A stretch of DNA of 64,000 nucleotides, from IMG/VR virus record IMGVR_UViG_3300049215_000771, positions 372,001-436,000 of that record; one strand, 5' to 3'. Numbering within the stretch: the first letter of the stretch is position 1; each line of letters begins with the position of its first letter. Under the pieces are notes generated by a model. It made no database searches. It was not told the DNA's origin and saw nothing but the letters and a program-made list of their open reading frames with translations. Positions 1 to 9,355 of this stretch are shown piece after piece. The position numbers were made by a program, and so were the translations under genes.

Positions 1-351
1 CCACATTCTCCATCTAGTTGGTGGAGACTGAACAGGGTGCGCTTCTCGCAAGGCGTCCAGTTCCTCATCGAATGCTTGGACAAGTTGGTTTTGTTCGTAG
101 AGGACTTGATCCCGGCTGGTACGGATAAAAAAGCCGCCGTTATCTCGCTCCTGGACAAGTTGTTCGATTACGTTGTTACACCATGTTTACCGATCTGGCT
201 GAAACCATTCGCCCCGATCATCAAAGACATCGTGATTAACTTCGTGATCTCCAGCATTATCGACTTGATTGTGTCCAAGTACAACAAAGGCATTTGGAAA
301 AAGGATGTGACATATGCCAAGACGAAGACCTACTACCTCCCACGCAGATAA
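1..351 (+). CDS. hypothetical protein, 5'-partial
   Basis: Frame is open from base 1 (PHSPSSWWRLNRVRFSQ...) to the stop at 351; amphipathic/hydrophobic helices. Confidence 0.7.
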   Translation, partial: PHSPSSWWRLNRVRFSQGVQFLIECLDKLVLFVEDLIPAGTDKKAAVISLLDKLFDYVVTPCLPIWLKPFAPIIKDIVINFVISSIIDLIVSKYNKGIWKKDVTYAKTKTYYLPRR

Positions 352-1285
352 GTTTCATTGCAAACTCCTGCCGTATGTACGGGAAGACCTACTTACGATG
401 CAGGATGTGCAAAAACAAGTTGGCTGGGAAATTACAGCTTTCAACTTGCCATTGGCCTGGAACTACTCGCAAGGCGAGGGCGTCAAAGTCGCCGTCATCG
501 ACAGTGGTGCCGACCTAGACCACCATGACCTTGTAGAAAACCTGCTGCCCGGCAAAAACTTTGTCGATCCAACCAAGACCCCGGAGGACGACTGCGGCCA
601 CGGTACGCACGTCACAGGCATCATCTGCGCTAAAAACACCGAGATGGGTATGGTGGGTGTTGCCCCGAAATGCAAAGTCATTCCGGTGAAGGCTTTGAAC
701 AACAAGGGAGTCGGGGATTTGCGAAACGTCGCTGAGGCTATTCGCTGGTCAGCAGATCAGGGTGTAGACTTCATCACGATGTCGCTTGGCTCCCCCGCAC
801 CACTTCAACAAGTACGCAAGGCTTTGCAGTATGCGGTATCGAAAGGTGTTGTGATTTTCTGTGCAGCCGGCAACGCTGGCACGACACGGGAGATTTTCTA
901 CCCTGCGGCTTACCCGGAAGCAATTGGCGTAGGAGCAATTGACGAAAAATTCGAGCGTGCAAACTTCAGTTGCACAGGCAATGACCTGGACTTCCTGGCC
1001 CCTGGCGTCCGCATCCTGAGTACGGTCCCCGACAACTGGTACGCCGTGATGTCTGGTACAAGCCAGGCGAACCCGTTCCTGGTGGGCGTGGCAGCCCTGC
1101 TACTGTCCTACAAGCGGGCACGCAACCTGGACTTGAAGCTGGACACGAATGATGATTACTGCAATGCTTTGAAACAGTACACGATCCCGTTGGCCGATCC
1201 GCAATTTGCCGGCAACAGATTCTTCCAGGGCTTTGGAATCATTGATCCACGGAAGATGGAGGAGTGGGCGGCGGCGCACCAGTAA
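314..1285 (+). CDS. subtilisin-like S8 serine protease
   Basis: Catalytic triad motifs VAVIDSG, HGTHVTG, SGTSQA; oxyanion AAGN. Confidence 0.95.
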   Translation: MPRRRPTTSHADKFHCKLLPYVREDLLTMQDVQKQVGWEITAFNLPLAWNYSQGEGVKVAVIDSGADLDHHDLVENLLPGKNFVDPTKTPEDDCGHGTHVTGIICAKNTEMGMVGVAPKCKVIPVKALNNKGVGDLRNVAEAIRWSADQGVDFITMSLGSPAPLQQVRKALQYAVSKGVVIFCAAGNAGTTREIFYPAAYPEAIGVGAIDEKFERANFSCTGNDLDFLAPGVRILSTVPDNWYAVMSGTSQANPFLVGVAALLLSYKRARNLDLKLDTNDDYCNALKQYTIPLADPQFAGNRFFQGFGIIDPRKMEEWAAAHQ

Positions 1286-1907
1286 GCTGGGCTTGAAGCG
1301 ATTCAATCTGCTTCTTCAGTGCCCCTGCTGCCTCGTAGTTTTCAATCTCAATGGCTTTCGCCATTTTCAGCCTGTAAGATTTGATGCGTTCCTCAATGGA
1401 AGCGTTCTGATCCACAGGCTGTTCTGTTTTTGGAACAGGCTTGTTGACTTTGGGCGACTTGCCGACATGCTGCGTGGCCCCTGCGTGGGAATGCTTGGCA
1501 ACTATCTTCAACTCCTCGCTGAAGTGTTCCCAGCACGTTGCGCAGCCAACCTTGCCATTCTCGGCAAGTTTTCTGACAGTCATGCCACATGATGGGCATG
1601 GCGGTTTGCCAGCGTTTCTAAGTTGAGATTTTGGTTGTTGGGGTTGTTGCATCGTTTTAGCCAACATAGCGCCAAGTAATGCGGTCAAGAAACTAGACAA
1701 TAAAGTGGGAGCAGGCGGCGCAGGAGGCGGCTGTGGGACCGCCTCCTGTTTTACCTGTTTCGTTGTTTCTGGAGCCATATCCATATATTTGGCAGAACAA
1801 TCCTTGCACAAATGCAACTCCACGAACGACCCATCTGGCTTCAGTTCTGTGATATGAGTCGTCCTGCGTTTTGGACAGGGCTGACCAGAAAACGGGCAGA
1901 GGTCCAT
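1239..1907 (-). CDS. mcsA: McsA-like protein (CxxC Zn motifs + C-terminal UVR domain)
   Basis: LHLCKDC, CPSCGMT..GKVGCATCWEHF, HVGKSP, UVR motif MAKAIEIENYEAAGALKKQI. Confidence 0.85.
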   Translation of the reverse strand: MDLCPFSGQPCPKRRTTHITELKPDGSFVELHLCKDCSAKYMDMAPETTKQVKQEAVPQPPPAPPAPTLLSSFLTALLGAMLAKTMQQPQQPKSQLRNAGKPPCPSCGMTVRKLAENGKVGCATCWEHFSEELKIVAKHSHAGATQHVGKSPKVNKPVPKTEQPVDQNASIEERIKSYRLKMAKAIEIENYEAAGALKKQIESLQAQLTGAPPPTPPSSVDQ

Positions 1908-2497
1908 TATTTTTTCCTTTCGATGAGATTGTTCTCATCGTTGAAATCACGGACTTCTTTCAAGTATAGCTCACGTTCCTTCTCAGGAATCTCATCCTTG
2001 AAATCGTTGCATACTTTCTCGACGAATTTCTCATACCTCACCGCTGAGGCTTTGCGCAGGTCCGTGAGTTGCTTGAGGTATTTTTCGACATCGGCCTTGG
2101 CAGCCGGTTCTTGCTTGGCGTCCTCGATTTTTTCCAGCTTCTTCGGAGTGTATTTGGGATCATCGAATCTTTTGAGTTCCATGATCCAGAAATGATGAAT
2201 GTTGGTCATCATATCATTAACCCGATAGCCATTGGACAGCAAATACATATGTTTGTCGAAATTCGACAGTTTGTCAAACTCAACCTTATCCTTGTTGCGT
2301 CTGTGGATAAGTGTGCGTCCTTTCCAGGCTTTCAAATCGACAGCTTCTTTGGAAGCGGTCTTGTAGTACGACAGCACCTTCTCATAATCCCCAATGGTCG
2401 GGGCAGGACGCTCACCGCCCAATTGGATAATCACCTGTGCCCTGGCTGGCAGCACCAGCCCCAGGCACAAAATCAGCGAGGCGATCAAATATCTCAT
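1907..2497 (-). CDS. secreted hypothetical protein
   Basis: Signal peptide MRYLIASLILCLGLVLPARA; AAGGAG RBS upstream of ATG 2497. Confidence 0.75.
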   Translation of the reverse strand: MRYLIASLILCLGLVLPARAQVIIQLGGERPAPTIGDYEKVLSYYKTASKEAVDLKAWKGRTLIHRRNKDKVEFDKLSNFDKHMYLLSNGYRVNDMMTNIHHFWIMELKRFDDPKYTPKKLEKIEDAKQEPAAKADVEKYLKQLTDLRKASAVRYEKFVEKVCNDFKDEIPEKERELYLKEVRDFNDENNLIERKK

Positions 2498-2557
2498 CGT
2501 TGCATATCTCCTTGAGAAACCTTCCATCTGTATCATATTCGATACGCAAAGAAAGGT

Positions 2558-3379
2558 CTAGTTTGGAAAAGGAGTGCCAGAAATCTTCAAGGTGAATGTG
2601 TCACCAGCTACCGGACCCATATTGGGCGGACAAACCCTTTGTATCCAAACCGGCACGATGTCTGTGCCTCGTATATCCCCAACGAGAAGCTGCGATGTGG
2701 GAGAAGGCGTATAAAACAAAATACCGTTCGGGGCTGTAGTTGTGGCATCGACAAGCGGGGCGATGCTGTTCAGTGGTGCCCCATCGAATATCTTCAGAAC
2801 GCTCACGCTACCAGGGGGCACACCAACCAGCGTACTATCGTCGATGACGGCCAGAACATCATGGAACCGATTCCCAGCATCTCCGATGAAGTTTACCTGG
2901 AATATAAAAGCACTGCCGTTGATGCCGCCAGTGACCGTGACATCAGTGAGATTCGTTAGCGCTGAGATAGCAGTTTGAAAATTCGCAGCCCACGCACTGA
3001 AAGAAGAAGCCCAATTCACCGTAAAATTCGTTCCTTCGTATTGAAGTGTCATCGAGCCGCCCGTGACATTTACGCCGTTGGCAACAGTGACTTGCTGGGT
3101 ATCATCTTGAAACTGAAACCCCAAAGCTACAGGAACACCGCCTGAACTTTCATCGTCGATATACACCGAGGCTCCGTACAAACTGTCAATGCTGTTGTCG
3201 TTCACAATGTACAAGCAATGGTAGTCCGTGTAGCCAGCCTGGGCCTGGGCTGTGGTAATATCAGGAAGCAACTGTCCAGTCAACGGCACGGCAGAAGGCT
3301 CCCCGCCCAGGGACTTCGTGGGATCGCTGTTGGAAGCACCACCAGAAAATAAGAAGGTAATGTCGGAAGGGCTTATCAT
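2558..3379 (-). CDS. putative virion structural protein (beta-rich)
   Basis: G/T/S/V/N-rich acidic protein, SGGASNSDPTKSLGG N-terminus; ATGA-coupled to a gene with a late promoter. Confidence 0.6.
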   Translation of the reverse strand: MISPSDITFLFSGGASNSDPTKSLGGEPSAVPLTGQLLPDITTAQAQAGYTDYHCLYIVNDNSIDSLYGASVYIDDESSGGVPVALGFQFQDDTQQVTVANGVNVTGGSMTLQYEGTNFTVNWASSFSAWAANFQTAISALTNLTDVTVTGGINGSAFIFQVNFIGDAGNRFHDVLAVIDDSTLVGVPPGSVSVLKIFDGAPLNSIAPLVDATTTAPNGILFYTPSPTSQLLVGDIRGTDIVPVWIQRVCPPNMGPVAGDTFTLKISGTPFPN

Positions 3380-3681
3380 TTTTGTCCTTCGGTCATGGTT
3401 TTAGCCAAAATGTAGCGGACATTTCGAGGGGTGTAGCCAGTGAATTCCGCAATTTCCTGGACGCCCCATCCTAAACTAGCGAGGTTGTGTACTTTCTGAT
3501 GATTTGCTTTAAGTCGATTTGGCGCAACATCATTGGCGTGAAGGATTCGGTAAATTTCAGCCTGCGACCGCTCGAAACAATGGGCAATTTCCGACACGGG
3601 CATCTTGGGATTTTCCAAGTACATCTGGATGATTTGCTCGTCGATACCGTTGGTCGTCAGGAATTCTCTAAAACCATACAT
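3376..3681 (-). CDS. double HTH DNA-binding protein with CTS-like N-terminus
   Basis: VSEIAHCFERSQAEIYRIL and VQEIAEFTGYTPRNVRYIL; starts MYGFREFL; ATAAATA 4 nt upstream of ATG. Confidence 0.8.
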   Translation of the reverse strand: MYGFREFLTTNGIDEQIIQMYLENPKMPVSEIAHCFERSQAEIYRILHANDVAPNRLKANHQKVHNLASLGWGVQEIAEFTGYTPRNVRYILAKTMTEGQK

Positions 3682-3820
3682 GCTGTATTTATCCAGGTTG
3701 ATATTGAAATCGAGGCATATAGGACTGATAATATCATCACCGGGACGTGAGCAAAGTATTTCTTGCGGTAATCGTAGGCAAAGGATTTCTCACGTCCCGG
3801 ATATTCTCAAGGAGCCTGTC

Positions 3821-4771
3821 ATGAACTTCACCTTCGGATCGGACCCTGAATTTGCACTGGCACAAAAAGGCCAGTTCAGGAGCGCCATCGGCGTTCTTCC
3901 CGAAAAGAAAAAAGCTATCAAACTTGGCGAAAGTAGTTTCTACTTCGACAACGTGCTGGCTGAAGTAGGTGTCCGCCCGACGAAGACTAAGCAGGAAGCC
4001 ACTTCTGCCATTCGTACTGCCTTGCAACACCTGCAAGAACTGGTTCGCCCGGCAAAAATCACGATTCGGGCCTCGATGAACTTCCCGGCTACAGAACTCA
4101 AGCATAAAAAAGCTATGGAGGCTGGCTGTGTTGCCGAATACTCGGCTTACACACTGCGCCGGATCGTTCCCCCGGTGGAATTCGTTGTCAAAGATGAAGA
4201 CACCGAGGAGATGTGTCACATCACGTCGTTCCGAACGGTAGGCGGACACATCCACCTGGGCGGGGAAGGAGTTCTCCAACATGGAATGCTTCAGCCCTAC
4301 ATCATCAAGATGATGGATTTGTTCATTGGCATCCCGGAGTTGTTCTTCAACAAGGACAAAACCGCACGAGATCGCCGCCAGGTATATGGCGTGGCCGGCT
4401 CGCACCGCAGACCGGATTACGGTATTGAATATCGCCCCCTGAGCAACTACTGGCTTTCTAGCCCTGTATATGTCGGCCTCGTATACGATCTTTGCGACTT
4501 CGTATTGAAGTTCGTCACCAAGAACGGCCATCTGAAATTCTGGCAGATCGACGAAGACTTGTTGGATGAGGATGATCCTTCAGTCGCTCATCGCTGCTAT
4601 GGCTACGATGTGAATGTGCTGCGCCAGGCCATCGACCAATACGACAAGAAACTCGCCAAACCTTTCTTGACACTGATCGCCAACGAACTGCCTGGCTCGT
4701 TGTATCAGGACATCGAGTCGGCGATTGATTACCAACCCCTTGAACTGAGCGAAGAATGGAGCATCAAATGA
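3821..4771 (+). CDS. phiEco32-like COOH-NH2 ligase type 2
   Basis: GSDPEF, DNVLAE, RTVGGHIHLG, RRQVYG, GIEYRPLSNYW motifs; GGAG RBS before ATG 3821. Confidence 0.85.
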   Translation: MNFTFGSDPEFALAQKGQFRSAIGVLPEKKKAIKLGESSFYFDNVLAEVGVRPTKTKQEATSAIRTALQHLQELVRPAKITIRASMNFPATELKHKKAMEAGCVAEYSAYTLRRIVPPVEFVVKDEDTEEMCHITSFRTVGGHIHLGGEGVLQHGMLQPYIIKMMDLFIGIPELFFNKDKTARDRRQVYGVAGSHRRPDYGIEYRPLSNYWLSSPVYVGLVYDLCDFVLKFVTKNGHLKFWQIDEDLLDEDDPSVAHRCYGYDVNVLRQAIDQYDKKLAKPFLTLIANELPGSLYQDIESAIDYQPLELSEEWSIK

Positions 4772-5394
4772 ACTTCTCGCATCAGTGGTATGTCCCCGAA
4801 GGTGATTGCGACGGCAGCGCCGTTGTTTTCTTGCCTGGTCGTGGGGCGTCCGCTCGCAGTCTGATGATGCAATATGAAGATTACCTTGATGACGAGGACC
4901 AGAAAATCCTCATCGCTATCGACCCGGAGAATGCCTCCTGGTATCCACCTCCCAACGGACCAAACGATCAAGACAGCGCCGTAACGGGGTGTGAGAAAAC
5001 TACAAAGGAATTGAACGCCTACATCGGCGAATTGCTGGCCAAACTTCACGTCCAGAAAGAAAATGTCGTGTTGGTTGGATTCTCGGCAGGCGGCGTCATG
5101 GCGATCCAGTTGGCCCTGCACGACAAATACGCAGGAGCCATCTGCCACAACGGATGCGTATTGGAACCTGGTATTCTCGACAAGAAGGTTCACAATCCGA
5201 CTATTTACCTATACCACGCCAGGGATGATGGTGTTTTCGGCTGGAAGGAGCGTTACCTTCCGACGAAGAAAGCCCTGATTGAGAAGGGCTATAACGTGGT
5301 GTGCAAGGAACACAACAAAGGCGGGCATCATATTCAGCACAGCGATATGCAGGATGCTCTCAAAGCGCTCGCCAAACTGCTGGAGAGGAAATGA
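4768..5394 (+). CDS. alpha/beta hydrolase (phospholipase/carboxylesterase family)
   Basis: LPGRG, nucleophile elbow GFSAGG, HARDD, GGHHI; ATGA overlap with upstream gene. Confidence 0.9.
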   Translation: MNFSHQWYVPEGDCDGSAVVFLPGRGASARSLMMQYEDYLDDEDQKILIAIDPENASWYPPPNGPNDQDSAVTGCEKTTKELNAYIGELLAKLHVQKENVVLVGFSAGGVMAIQLALHDKYAGAICHNGCVLEPGILDKKVHNPTIYLYHARDDGVFGWKERYLPTKKALIEKGYNVVCKEHNKGGHHIQHSDMQDALKALAKLLERK

Positions 5395-5762
5395 GAAAGT
5401 TTCTAATTGCTTTGCTGTTACTGGTTGGCGCAGGTGTGGCCCTGGCGGACGACACCTACCAATTGGTGTATGAAGGAACCTGGGTGACGACCAACCGTAA
5501 ATTGAACGGCACCATGACAGCTACCATCACGGAAGTAAGCGAAAACAAGTGGAAGGGTACTTTCGCCGGGGTGTGGGAAGGGCAGAAGTTCTCCTACAAC
5601 GTGGAGTTCAGCGGACCTCCCGATAACTTGACCGGCAAGGCTACCATCGACGGAGCAAGTTACCAGTGGACAGGCAAGATGTCACCAACTTCCCCTGGTA
5701 AGTTTGACGGTACGTTCGATGGCAGCCGCTACAAAGGCTACTTCAACTTGAAGCAAAAATAA
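5391..5762 (+). CDS. secreted beta-barrel-like hypothetical protein
   Basis: Signal peptide MRKFLIALLLLVGAGVALA; repeated GT(F/W)xG motifs; ATGA overlap. Confidence 0.8.
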   Translation: MRKFLIALLLLVGAGVALADDTYQLVYEGTWVTTNRKLNGTMTATITEVSENKWKGTFAGVWEGQKFSYNVEFSGPPDNLTGKATIDGASYQWTGKMSPTSPGKFDGTFDGSRYKGYFNLKQK

Positions 5763-6468
5763 CCACTTTGGGTTGTTCGAGTGTTTGCCGAATACGACGA
5801 CATGCTTCACGCACATCCATCTTCCGGCAACAATGGCACATCCACGGGAGATGGTGTTCGGCAAACGCTCGCACTTCCAACATCAAACGCTTCTTGTGGA
5901 TAACCTCCACTTTCCCGCAGCAACTACACGTCGTTTTCTTCAAGCCATGCGGCAGTGGCTTCGGTCCTCTCCTGAAAAAGTACCTGGGCCGCACTTCACG
6001 TCGGTTCTTGAAGTAAAAATCCCGAAGTTCCTGTGGCATATCTGGAATATCCAGCGATGTGCCACGAAGCCACAAATATCCAGTACCATCTTCGTGCGTG
6101 GATGGAGGAAGTACGGATTGGTGCAGTTGTCCACGAAACTCGATGTCCTGAAAACGGGTTGCGGTCAGGTGCGGGTCGGGATTGATGAATAGATGATGTA
6201 TCGAGCGAGAGCTACGGTACATGGGGTGTGGCAGGCCATCAATCATCCTAGTGAGAAGATCGTTGGCTTCAGGCGTGTCGCCCTCGACATCCACGATGTC
6301 GCCGAGCAGGATGCCAAGGTTGTAGTTGCCGGTTGCAATCATCTCCCGGCATTTTTCTTTGTTCCAGTTACGATTCCAGTTTTTGCCTACAGGAACTTTG
6401 GAGTTCTTGTACACCGGAATGATCTGCATACCCTTGAGGGTGTACAAATCGAAATACTTCAACAGCAT
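5743..6468 (-). CDS. bifunctional primase/polymerase (Prim-Pol) domain protein with C-terminal Zn finger
   Basis: IIPV..SKVP, NLGILLG, DVE, HHLF, VLPPSTH..G..Y.W; CSCC...CHCC tail. Confidence 0.8.
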   Translation of the reverse strand: MLLKYFDLYTLKGMQIIPVYKNSKVPVGKNWNRNWNKEKCREMIATGNYNLGILLGDIVDVEGDTPEANDLLTRMIDGLPHPMYRSSRSIHHLFINPDPHLTATRFQDIEFRGQLHQSVLPPSTHEDGTGYLWLRGTSLDIPDMPQELRDFYFKNRREVRPRYFFRRGPKPLPHGLKKTTCSCCGKVEVIHKKRLMLEVRAFAEHHLPWMCHCCRKMDVREACRRIRQTLEQPKVVIFASS

Positions 6469-6485
6469 GTCCGGCCCTGTGGGGG

Positions 6486-6647
6486 TTAGGAGGCATGAGA
6501 CGCCTCACGCAAATGGGCTTTGAAGGCTTCTCGAATGTCGTTTTGAGTGAGTTTTTCGACTGGTTTGTTGTGGCGGTGCGCCCACTCAATAATCTTTAAC
6601 AGCGCCCGCTCCCTTGTTTTGTCCAGCCAGTAGTTTCGCAGTTTCAT
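6486..6647 (-). CDS. small hypothetical protein (53 aa, below ORF-track cutoff)
   Basis: Translated by hand: MKLRNYWLDKTRERALLKIIEWAHRHNKPVEKLTQNDIREAFKAHLREASHAS; GAGG RBS. Confidence 0.6.
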   Translation of the reverse strand: MKLRNYWLDKTRERALLKIIEWAHRHNKPVEKLTQNDIREAFKAHLREASHAS

Positions 6648-6686
6648 GAGGTTCCCTCACTATAATGGAGCCAGGAGGAAAAAGCA

Positions 6687-7616
6687 ATGCGTATTCTAGT
6701 CACAGGCGGTACTGGTTTTATAGGCTCACACCTGGTTGACTACTTGACCCACGAAGGTCACGAAGTCATCGTAGTAGGCACCAAAACAGAGCAATCACCC
6801 AAAGCGGCCCGCTTCCTTAACCTGGGACTCGAAGGCAGAAGTTACGACTTCTTGCAGAAACTTGGCAACATCGACATCTGCTTCCACCAGGCTGCCAACA
6901 ACGACACCCTGGACATGGACCGAGATGAGATGATGTGGTGTAATGTCGAAGCTCCTATGAAGTTTCTCGGCGAGGTTCGCAACTGTTGCAACTGCCGCAA
7001 ATTTGTATACGCATCATCCTCCGCTGTGTATGGTAATTCACCAGCCCCGTACAGGGAAGAGGAAACTCCAGAAATTCCACTCAATCCATATGGCGAGTCG
7101 AAAGCAGAATTCGACAAGCGCATCATACAATTTGCCAACAATTGGTACGATACCCGTGCTGTAGGGCTTCGCTATACCAACGTCTATGGACCCGGTGAAG
7201 GACACAAAGGTAAACGGGCAAGCATGATCTACCAGATGGTCAAGACCATGATGAAAGGCGATAGTCCCAACTTGTTTTGGGATGGAAGCCAACGTCGTGA
7301 TTGGATTTACATCAAAGATGTAGTACGAGCAAACATGCAGGCTGTACGTTACCTGAGCGGCGGCGGCAAATCTGGCGTATTCAACTGTGGGTCCGGGAAA
7401 GCAGTCAGTTTCAATGAACTTGTCGATGTAATCAACAAATATCTCTATACCGACATCCACCCTACCTGGATTGATTGTACATTCAAAAATGCCTACCAAG
7501 ACTTCACGCAGGCCGACATGACAAAGGCCAAGGAGCAACTTGGATTTGCTCCAGCCTATGACGTGAATTGGGGTATCAGGGAACTGATCGAAGAAATGAA
7601 AAAAGGCCAGGTTTGA
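6687..7616 (+). CDS. hldD: NAD-dependent epimerase, ADP-L-glycero-D-manno-heptose 6-epimerase-like
   Basis: GGTGFIG, YASSSAVYG, YGESK, HldD-like GLRYTNVYGPGEGHKG; YQDFTQAD. Confidence 0.8.
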   Translation: MRILVTGGTGFIGSHLVDYLTHEGHEVIVVGTKTEQSPKAARFLNLGLEGRSYDFLQKLGNIDICFHQAANNDTLDMDRDEMMWCNVEAPMKFLGEVRNCCNCRKFVYASSSAVYGNSPAPYREEETPEIPLNPYGESKAEFDKRIIQFANNWYDTRAVGLRYTNVYGPGEGHKGKRASMIYQMVKTMMKGDSPNLFWDGSQRRDWIYIKDVVRANMQAVRYLSGGGKSGVFNCGSGKAVSFNELVDVINKYLYTDIHPTWIDCTFKNAYQDFTQADMTKAKEQLGFAPAYDVNWGIRELIEEMKKGQV

Positions 7617-7629
7617 AACCTGGCCTTTG
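7601..7629. terminator. bidirectional intrinsic terminator
   Basis: AAAGGCCAGGTT-TGA-AACCTGGCCTTT between convergent genes. Confidence 0.75.
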
Positions 7630-7633
7630 AAAG

Positions 7634-8431
7634 TTAGCGAATCTCACCGATTCGTCCCTGCGGAGCAAATCCCGGCTCGCCTGCCTGCGGCTCATCTCGA
7701 ACCGCCTGAGTCAAATTGTTCACATCAACTGGAGTGAACAATGCGTCCTCGTAGTAGCGGCTGAAGCCGTCGTCGTACTTGCGGGTTGTGTGCTGAGGAT
7801 CGAGCATGTTCTTAACACTCGCCATCCACTCAGCTTCGTCATCCAGGAAGGCTTCCTTCTTCATTTTCTTCTTGGAACCCTTCTTGCTCATCATCGGAAC
7901 TGGAGCCTTCTTGTCCATCGTGGCGTCCATTCCGCCCTCATCGTCACCCTCATCGCTGGTGCCGCCGTCGCCGTCACCGGAATCATCGTCGTCGTCATCA
8001 GAAGGCTCGCCTGCATCATCGTCGGCGTCGGACCACATTTTCTTCTTGGACTTCATCATCTTCTTCTTGGACTTCTTGGCGCACATGCGACCGCAGGCGT
8101 CTCCACCCATTTCATCGTCGCCCATGCCCATGTCATCGTCGCCCGCACCCATGTCATCACCGCCGCCCATATCGTCGCCGCCATCAACGTCTACGTCAAC
8201 GTCCGGGTGGTCCTTGGGTGCCTTGGCTTTAACGAGTTCGTCGCCGCCATCATCGTCACCACCGAACATCTTCTTCTTGGATTTCTTCATGGCCTTGGCT
8301 TTTTCTTCGTCGAGAGGAAGTCCAAATCCATTGGACGAAGTGATGCCAAGATTGGTTGGCTGGGCCAAACCGAGGGTGATGGGTCCGGCGAAGGACTCGT
8401 TCAACATTTTCCATTGCTTGTATGACAACAT
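7634..8431 (-). CDS. low-complexity acidic/basic-block protein, putative internal head protein
   Basis: MLSYKQWKMLNE N-terminus; KKSKKKM repeats alternating with D/G/M tracts; GGAG RBS; TATATA upstream. Confidence 0.8.
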   Translation of the reverse strand: MLSYKQWKMLNESFAGPITLGLAQPTNLGITSSNGFGLPLDEEKAKAMKKSKKKMFGGDDDGGDELVKAKAPKDHPDVDVDVDGGDDMGGGDDMGAGDDDMGMGDDEMGGDACGRMCAKKSKKKMMKSKKKMWSDADDDAGEPSDDDDDDSGDGDGGTSDEGDDEGGMDATMDKKAPVPMMSKKGSKKKMKKEAFLDDEAEWMASVKNMLDPQHTTRKYDDGFSRYYEDALFTPVDVNNLTQAVRDEPQAGEPGFAPQGRIGEIR

Positions 8432-8494
8432 GATTTTTCTCCAGCTTGTTACGGGTATATATTGCTGTCTATTAGCTTTCTCAACAGGTGCTTC

Positions 8495-9355
8495 ATGAAA
8501 AAAGTCCTGCTGTTCCTAGTCTTCGTCGGATTCCTTGTGGGGTTGTATTTCTACCTCAAGACCCCGGACAGCAATCCACTGTATCTATCCCCTGGACAGC
8601 AAATCTCACCAACTCCCGCAGAAAAAGCGTCGAACCAACAGATCATTGCAACCATCAATGCCATCAATGCCCGGAACGCTAAACTGCGCAATTTCATTTG
8701 TGACAACGTGGACATCAAATACAACCAAAAAATTCGAGTACACATCACTGGCACGATAGCAATGGAGAAGGAAAAAAAGTTTCGCATGAAGGTGAGATCA
8801 ATTGCCGGCCAGGAGTTGGACTTGGGATCAAACGACACTCACTTTTGGTTCTGGTCGAAACGGATGAACCCGCCTGTGTTGCACTACGCCAAGCATGAAG
8901 ATTTGGGAAAGTCGATGCTGAAGACTCCATTGAACCCAGGCTGGATGATGGGGAGCCTCAACCTTGGCACCATCGACACAACCGGGGCAGAAGTCTTCAG
9001 ATATGGTCAGCACTACGGCGTCCTAGCCCCAAAAACTGCTGCTAACGGCGAGAACGTGACCGTTTTTACCCTCATCGACCCTCAGAAACAAGCAGTAATA
9101 GGCCACTACTTATACGGAGCTAATGGCAAGTTACAAGCCAGTTCCGAGGTAAAATCCCATCAAAACATCAACGGATTCATCGTTCCGAAGGAAATGTTCA
9201 TCATTTGGTACTCGGAAGGCGTAAGTTTGGAATGGACTCTCAACAATCCGAGAATCAACACAACAATTAACCCAAGCAATTGGATCATGCCTACAATGCG
9301 AGGAGCGATTGATATGGGGCAAACAGGAATGATTACCCCACGCAAACGACGTTAG
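8495..9355 (+). CDS. membrane-anchored protein, possible LolA-like fold
   Basis: N-terminal TM anchor; ELDLGSNDTHFWFWSKR motif; beta-rich. Confidence 0.7.
   Translation: MKKVLLFLVFVGFLVGLYFYLKTPDSNPLYLSPGQQISPTPAEKASNQQIIATINAINARNAKLRNFICDNVDIKYNQKIRVHITGTIAMEKEKKFRMKVRSIAGQELDLGSNDTHFWFWSKRMNPPVLHYAKHEDLGKSMLKTPLNPGWMMGSLNLGTIDTTGAEVFRYGQHYGVLAPKTAANGENVTVFTLIDPQKQAVIGHYLYGANGKLQASSEVKSHQNINGFIVPKEMFIIWYSEGVSLEWTLNNPRINTTINPSNWIMPTMRGAIDMGQTGMITPRKRR

Noticed and set aside
3605-3820. Long N-terminal extensions in the ORF track (also 9662, 22296, 29631, 29878, 35473, 51779)
   Set aside because: Downstream starts have RBS or promoter context, and the extensions overlap neighbouring genes or promoters
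7790-8498. Plus-strand Ser/His-rich ORFs
   Set aside because: Antisense to the low-complexity 7634..8431 gene, which has the RBS, promoter and CTS-like start
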